A stretch of DNA of 32,000 nucleotides. Source: Trichodesmium erythraeum IMS101. Lineage in GTDB: Bacteria > Cyanobacteriota > Cyanobacteriia > Cyanobacteriales > Microcoleaceae. The stretch covers positions 4,440,001-4,472,000 of the forward strand of contig NC_008312.1 of the NCBI RefSeq assembly GCF_000014265.1, in the 5' to 3' direction. The notes beneath the pieces are model-generated. The model was given only the letters and a program-made list of their open reading frames with translations, ran no database searches and was not told where the DNA came from. This document shows positions 27,315 through 32,000 of this stretch, one piece after another; positions within the stretch are counted from its first letter, which is position 1; each line of letters opens with the position of its first letter. The position numbers and the translations under genes were made by a program.

Positions 27315-28061
27315 CGCATGAGAGTTATAAGTGAAAATACTAAGATGATAATAATTCCCAAAAAAATCAAGACCAATTTCCTTAATACACTTTCAAAAAG
27401 TTGATTTTATTGAATACAGAATATTTTCTGTAAATTGCCTTAAAATCATAAATAATAACTAGGAAAACCTACCCAAGTACAATCATTAATATTCTGGGAT
27501 GAATAAATTATAAAAATAAATGATATTTTGATATATATGAAGTAGTAATTCATAGTTAAATAGTTATTAACTGCCTGGATAACTTCAGTAAATATTTATC
27601 AAAATCTACATCTACCTTAGTAGTCATAAATAAAGTTCCAATAATTACCACGGATAAAACAAAAAAACAATAGGAATGGAAGCAAAAAAAATTAGATATA
27701 TTTTGGTTATCTATCTACTCACAAGTCAGAAAAATTGATTGAAATATTATGAAAATTTATGAATTATGAATTAATCAAAGTTAATGCATAAGAAAGTTGG
27801 AGTAGCTTAAAAAATAGCTCAAAAAATTACTTTGAAATTTGGGCAAATTATATGTAAATAATTGTTTGTAGGTGTTTAGCATGTTGTGTACCTAATTAAC
27901 AACACAACTCTTATGACTTTTGATTCCCGAAGACGCATTTTAAATAAATTATTAGCTTACTCCATACTCCCTAACAAAATTTTAACTTCTATTTTGCCAA
28001 AAATTTCCTTGATTCAGGCATAATAGTTAATAATACAAAATATTCTAATTCTAAGAATTCA

Positions 28062-28880
28062 ATGGGCGTTTCTATAGAAGTTGACAATACAAACTTTGCT
28101 ACCGAAGTATTAAAAAATTCTCACAAAAAACCAGTTTTAGTAGACTTCTACGCTACTTGGTGTGGTCCATGTAAAATGCTAAAACCAATCTTAGAAAAGT
28201 TGGCTACTGAATATGACTTTATCTTAGCTAAAGTTGATGTCGATCAGAGTCCAGACTTAGCTCAAACTTATAACATCGAAGGAGTACCAGATGTAAGAGT
28301 CGTAACTCAAGGAGAAGTTAAACCAGGTTTTGTAGGAGTTCTCTCAGAACCAAAACTCAGAAATTTTCTAGGGGAATTTAATCTTCACTCAGAGCTAGAA
28401 AAAAATTTACAGCAATTACAGGAGCTGATAAAATCACGTAAACTTGAACAAGCAAAAAATCTTTTAGATCAGCTCTTTCACAAGTATCCTAATAACGTTA
28501 CTATCATCATAGAAGCTGCTAAGTTTTTGGTAAGCTCAAATAAACTAAAAGAAGCAAAAAAGCTTATTGAAACTATTGGCGAGCATAAGCGAGAATTTTA
28601 TCCTCAATTACAGGCCGTAAAAGCGTTAATTCACTTTAAAGAAGAAGCTGAAAATCCAGGTGATAGTACACTAGATAAAACTTATGCTAAAGCTTGTAGT
28701 CTAACATTATCAGATAACTACGAACAAGCACTAGAATTATTTTTAGAGCTAATCACTAAAAATCATAAGAATAAAAAGGATGACCGACCCCGCAAAGCAA
28801 TGCTAGCAATATTTCACATCTTAGGAGATAATCATCCGATAAGCAAAGAATATCGCAATAAATTATTAAATTTGTATTAA
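28062..28880 (+). CDS. Thioredoxin-domain protein with a helical TPR-like C-terminal extension (YbbN/CnoX-like architecture, intact CxxC)
   Basis: VLVDFYATWCGPCKMLKPILEKLA...GVPDVRV is a thioredoxin fold, followed by about 160 aa of helical repeats. Confidence 0.8.
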   Translation: MGVSIEVDNTNFATEVLKNSHKKPVLVDFYATWCGPCKMLKPILEKLATEYDFILAKVDVDQSPDLAQTYNIEGVPDVRVVTQGEVKPGFVGVLSEPKLRNFLGEFNLHSELEKNLQQLQELIKSRKLEQAKNLLDQLFHKYPNNVTIIIEAAKFLVSSNKLKEAKKLIETIGEHKREFYPQLQAVKALIHFKEEAENPGDSTLDKTYAKACSLTLSDNYEQALELFLELITKNHKNKKDDRPRKAMLAIFHILGDNHPISKEYRNKLLNLY

Positions 28881-28894
28881 AGTAATTTCTCATA

Positions 28895-29809
28895 TCAAAT
28901 TCCTACTGGTAGCACTAAACCTTCTATGGCCATAACTGCCATAGGAAAAGCTGCTTTAACTTTTTCTGCCATCCCATCCAGAAAATCATCACTATGACCT
29001 GGTTCATGGTGAAAAATTACTAGTTGCTTTACTCCGGCAGCTTTAGCAACTTTGATTGCTTCCTGCCAAGTAGAATGTCCCCAACCCACTTTAGAGGACT
29101 TGGGGTTATGATACTCATCATCAGTGTACATAGCATCATAAATTAGAACATCAGCACCTCGAGCTAAATAGACTACGTTTTCATCCAAACCTTCAGGAAA
29201 ATGCTCTGTATCAGAACAATAAACCGCACTCCTTCCATTCCATGTCACCCTGTATCCTATCGCCTTATTAGGATGATTCAGAGAACCCGTTTCAATCTCT
29301 ATATTATGGAGCATCATTTTTTGCCCATGCTCAAGTTCATAAAATCGCAAGTCCGCCTGCATATCCTTGAGAGGAATAGGAGAGTTATTATGTAAAACTC
29401 TATCCATAAAATGCTTTTTCATTGACTCCCCTTTAGGAGGAATTGCCCCATAGATGTGAAAACAATTTCCTCTAGTAAAAGCCGGAGTGAACAATGGGAA
29501 ACCTTGAATGTGATCCCAATGATAATGAGTAAAAAAGACATAAGCTTCAATTGGCATTTCCTGCATCAGTTCTTTCCCTAATTCTCGTATTCCAGTACCT
29601 CCATCAAATATCAAACGATTATTAGCAATTTGCATTTCTATGCAGGAAGTATTTCCTCCATATCGAACAGTATCTTTTCCAGGAGTCGGAACACTACCCC
29701 GAACTCCCCAGAACTTGACTAGAAAATCTCTTCTATTTTCAGACAACTCTGCAGAATCAATATTATCTTGGGTAGGCACTATAGTAGAAGATTTAGTTTC
29801 CATATACAT
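28895..29809 (-). CDS. MBL-fold metallo-hydrolase
   Basis: [12 protein letters not shown] (HxHxDH motif) and downstream His/Asp ligand positions. Its start overlaps the aroC stop. Confidence 0.8.
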   Translation of the reverse strand: MYMETKSSTIVPTQDNIDSAELSENRRDFLVKFWGVRGSVPTPGKDTVRYGGNTSCIEMQIANNRLIFDGGTGIRELGKELMQEMPIEAYVFFTHYHWDHIQGFPLFTPAFTRGNCFHIYGAIPPKGESMKKHFMDRVLHNNSPIPLKDMQADLRFYELEHGQKMMLHNIEIETGSLNHPNKAIGYRVTWNGRSAVYCSDTEHFPEGLDENVVYLARGADVLIYDAMYTDDEYHNPKSSKVGWGHSTWQEAIKVAKAAGVKQLVIFHHEPGHSDDFLDGMAEKVKAAFPMAVMAIEGLVLPVGI

Positions 29810-30905
29810 TTTCTGACTTTAAGGTATTACATTGTCCATAATGACGCAATAAATGATCACATAGAACTATAGCTACCATTGCTTCTACCATAGGTACAGC
29901 CCTAGGTAAAACACAAGGGTCATGTCTTCCTTTAGCCGCAAGAAATGTCTCTTCACCTTGACGACTAACAGTACGCTGCTCTTTCCTTATTGTTGCAGTG
30001 GGTTTAAATGCCACGCGCAATACAATATTTTCTCCATTAGAGATGCCACCCTGTATTCCACCAGAACGATTTGTCACTGTGCGAATCTCACCAAGTTTAT
30101 CTGTATAGAGTTCATCATTATGCTCGCTACCTGTCATAGTAGTACCTGCAAAACCAGAACCAATTTCAAATCCTTTGGTTGCTGGCAAAGACATTACACC
30201 CTTGGCTAAATCAGCCTCTAGTTTATCAAATACAGGAGAACCCAAACCTTTTGGCACATTCCGGACTATACATTCTACTACACCCCCCACAGAATCTCCC
30301 AAATCCCGTATTTTTTCAACTAATTCAATCATTTTCTCCGCACATTCACTATCTGGACAACGAACAATATTGCTTTCTACTTGTTCCATTGTTACCGTTG
30401 TTGGATCAACAATAGCTTCTAAATTTTTGATCCGCTTCACATAGCCTACAATTTCCACACCAGAATATTGTTGCAAAATTTTTTTAGCGATCGCTCCTGA
30501 AGCCACTCGTCCAATTGTCTCTCTGGCCGAAGACCTTCCCCCACCTTGCCAATTTCTGATACCATATTTAGCATCATAAGTTGCATCAGCATGAGATGGA
30601 CGATATTTAATAGCCATATCTTGATAATCTTGGGGACGAGCATCCTTATTTCTGACCCAAATCATAATTGGTGTCCCCAAGGTTTGACCTTCAAATACCC
30701 CAGACAGTATTTCACAAGTATCACTTTCTTTACGGGGTGTAGTAATTTTGCTTTGCCCTGGTCGCCTACGATCTAACTCATATTGAATTTCTTTAACATT
30801 TATTTCTAGCTTTGGTGGGCAACCATCAATTATAACTCCTACTCCTCCCCCATGGGATTCACCAAAGGTTGTTACCCGAAACAAATGTCCAAATATGTTG
30901 CCCAT
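29793..30905 (-). CDS. aroC: Chorismate synthase
   Basis: [31 protein letters not shown]...RPSHADATY...[10 protein letters not shown]...GRHDPCV are hallmark chorismate synthase motifs. Confidence 0.95.
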   Translation of the reverse strand: MGNIFGHLFRVTTFGESHGGGVGVIIDGCPPKLEINVKEIQYELDRRRPGQSKITTPRKESDTCEILSGVFEGQTLGTPIMIWVRNKDARPQDYQDMAIKYRPSHADATYDAKYGIRNWQGGGRSSARETIGRVASGAIAKKILQQYSGVEIVGYVKRIKNLEAIVDPTTVTMEQVESNIVRCPDSECAEKMIELVEKIRDLGDSVGGVVECIVRNVPKGLGSPVFDKLEADLAKGVMSLPATKGFEIGSGFAGTTMTGSEHNDELYTDKLGEIRTVTNRSGGIQGGISNGENIVLRVAFKPTATIRKEQRTVSRQGEETFLAAKGRHDPCVLPRAVPMVEAMVAIVLCDHLLRHYGQCNTLKSENVYGN

Positions 30906-30964
30906 TAAACTCCAACTATAAACTGCTTAAAAAATCACTATTACTGCTTTTTCTTCAAATTCTC

Positions 30965-31177
30965 ATGCTTCTAGACTCATGTTTAATTAAGCCTGGTAAG
31001 TTAACCTATCCGACTCGTATTTTGGCTTTCCTTTTACATTACCTAGCTACCTTTGGAATTGGGAGATTTTTACTGGAGTTTTATTACTTTCCCCAACGCG
31101 CACAAGTCACCCTAGGTATCGCGGTATTGTCTCTGGTCACTGCAGCTTTTACCACATTTCGACCGCCTTTTGACTGA
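30965..31177 (+). CDS. Hypothetical small membrane protein (70 aa from the internal ATG)
   Basis: Track ORF 30869..31177 would overlap the divergent aroC start by 37 nt, so the ATG at 30965 is more plausible. Two hydrophobic segments are present. No family recognised. Confidence 0.4.
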   Translation: MLLDSCLIKPGKLTYPTRILAFLLHYLATFGIGRFLLEFYYFPQRAQVTLGIAVLSLVTAAFTTFRPPFD

Positions 31178-31356
31178 TATTTAGTTACTCTACTCTAGCA
31201 TAAGCAGTCAATAAAGCTGATTAGCAGGTATAAGTTTTACCTACAAAATCATCAGAGTTTTTCCCAGACGAAGCGATAAGCTGCAATGTACTCAAAAAAA
31301 AGGCCTATTATACTTAGCTTGAAGCTAGTTTTTCAGCCTACGAGTCCCACTAAGCT

Positions 31357-31488
31357 TTAATCTTCATGTTCATCAAAAGGGTCAACCAACTCTTTTGATG
31401 GAGGTCCAAAAGCTGTATAAATTGAAAATCCAGTAATGGCCACAACCATTACACCTATCGAAATGCTAAGAACTGTTGCAGGTTCCAT
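31357..31488 (-). CDS. psbN: Photosystem II protein PsbN (43 aa)
   Basis: Hand translation [43 protein letters not shown] matches the conserved PsbN sequence. It is too short for the ORF track. Divergent from psbH, as in other cyanobacteria and plastids. Confidence 0.9.
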   Translation of the reverse strand: MEPATVLSISIGVMVVAITGFSIYTAFGPPSKELVDPFDEHED

Positions 31489-31575
31489 ATAATTCATTAA
31501 AATTGTGACTGTTATACATATACAATATTACAAAACATTAAAATTTTCTGCTGAAAATAGTAAAAATCGAAAATT

Positions 31576-31779
31576 ATGTCACAAAGAACTGGATTAGGAG
31601 ACATCCTCAAGCCCTTAAACTCAGAATATGGTAAAGTATCTCCCGGTTGGGGAACTACATGGGTGATGGCCGTTTTTATTGGCTTATTTTTTGTCTTCTT
31701 GTTAATTATTCTCCAAATCTACAACTCTTCCTTGTTATTAGAAAATGTTGATGTAGATTGGGCAAACTTAACTAAATAG
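31576..31779 (+). CDS. psbH: Photosystem II phosphoprotein PsbH
   Basis: [28 protein letters not shown]...[11 protein letters not shown] is the conserved PsbH sequence. Confidence 0.95.
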   Translation: MSQRTGLGDILKPLNSEYGKVSPGWGTTWVMAVFIGLFFVFLLIILQIYNSSLLLENVDVDWANLTK

Positions 31780-31797
31780 AGTAAATTTAAACCAAAG

Positions 31798-31835
31798 GGG
31801 CTAAGAAGTTCAGTCAAGCTGAATTTTTCTAGCCC
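31798..31835 (+). terminator. Imperfect stem-loop downstream of psbH (possible terminator or stabiliser)
   Basis: gggctaagaagttcag / ctgaatttttctagccc can pair: gggcta with tagccc, gaa(g) with (t)ttc, and ttcag with ctgaa, leaving the loop tcaag. No clear U-tract follows. Confidence 0.35.
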
Positions 31836-31892
31836 TATACATTAAACTAATACATATACTATATTAAAGTAAATTTTGAGAAGGAAAAAAAG

Positions 31893-32000
31893 GTGAATAT
31901 ATTTGGTATAGGCCTCCCAGAAATGATTGTTATTTTGGTGGTAGCCCTTTTGATATTTGGTCCGAAAAAGTTACCTGAAATTGGTCGGAGCTTAGGACAA
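31893..32000 (+). CDS. tatA: Twin-arginine translocase subunit TatA/E, partial (GTG start, runs off the window)
   Basis: GTG AAT ATA TTT... translates to (M)[48 protein letters not shown] lies immediately upstream as a ribosome-binding site. Confidence 0.85.
   Translation, partial: MNIFGIGLPEMIVILVVALLIFGPKKLPEIGRSLGQ

Noticed and set aside
29201-30776. ORFs 29201..29395(+), 29922..30209(+), 30175..30444(+), 30179..30415(+), 30446..30643(-) and 30546..30776(+)
   Set aside because: All lie inside the MBL hydrolase or aroC genes, in antisense or alternative frames. aroC and the MBL gene have unambiguous motifs.
30869-30964. The upstream start (30869) for the small + strand ORF next to aroC
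   Set aside because: It would overlap the divergent aroC coding start by 37 nt. The N-terminal 32 residues look non-protein-like, so the internal ATG at 30965 is preferred. The gene itself remains uncertain.
1-32000. CRISPR arrays, rRNA or tRNA genes, and toxin-antitoxin or known phage-defence cassettes
   Set aside because: There are no regularly spaced short direct repeats, no rRNA- or tRNA-like conserved segments, and no small paired ORFs or nuclease/effector motifs. The only P-loop ATPase is embedded in a signalling-type protein.

Overview
AT-rich cyanobacterial chromosome segment. The assignment rests on eight perfect HIP1 octamers (GCGATCGC) plus psbN, psbH, tatA and aroC. A Trichodesmium-like source is only a guess from composition and gene content.

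The right end (28.0-32.0 kb) is ordinary core genome: a thioredoxin-domain protein, an MBL-fold hydrolase, aroC, a small hypothetical protein, psbN, psbH and a partial tatA.

The left 26.5 kb is an accessory-looking island dominated by paralogous TPR-repeat fusion genes:
- A CDS of at least 1714 aa that runs off the left window edge and is therefore missing from the ORF track. It carries TPR, a GT61/DUF563 glycosyltransferase domain, more TPR and 42-aa tandem repeats.
- Three TPR proteins with highly similar C-terminal PAPS-type sulfotransferase domains.
- One TPR-only paralogue.
- One decayed TPR-GT61 pseudogene.
- A stand-alone GT2 glycosyltransferase.

Also present are an IS630-family element with inverted repeats and a split transposase, several short transposase relics, and an 1805-aa protein combining Ser/Thr kinase, P-loop ATPase, GAF and class III cyclase domains. 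Spacers of 1.26 kb and 1.57 kb are unusually long and have no listed ORF.

I recognised no tRNA, rRNA or CRISPR array. All domain calls come from motif recognition by eye; no database search was possible.

The best candidate for an undescribed system is the set of TPR-scaffolded sulfotransferase and glycosyltransferase genes. Its substrates are unknown.
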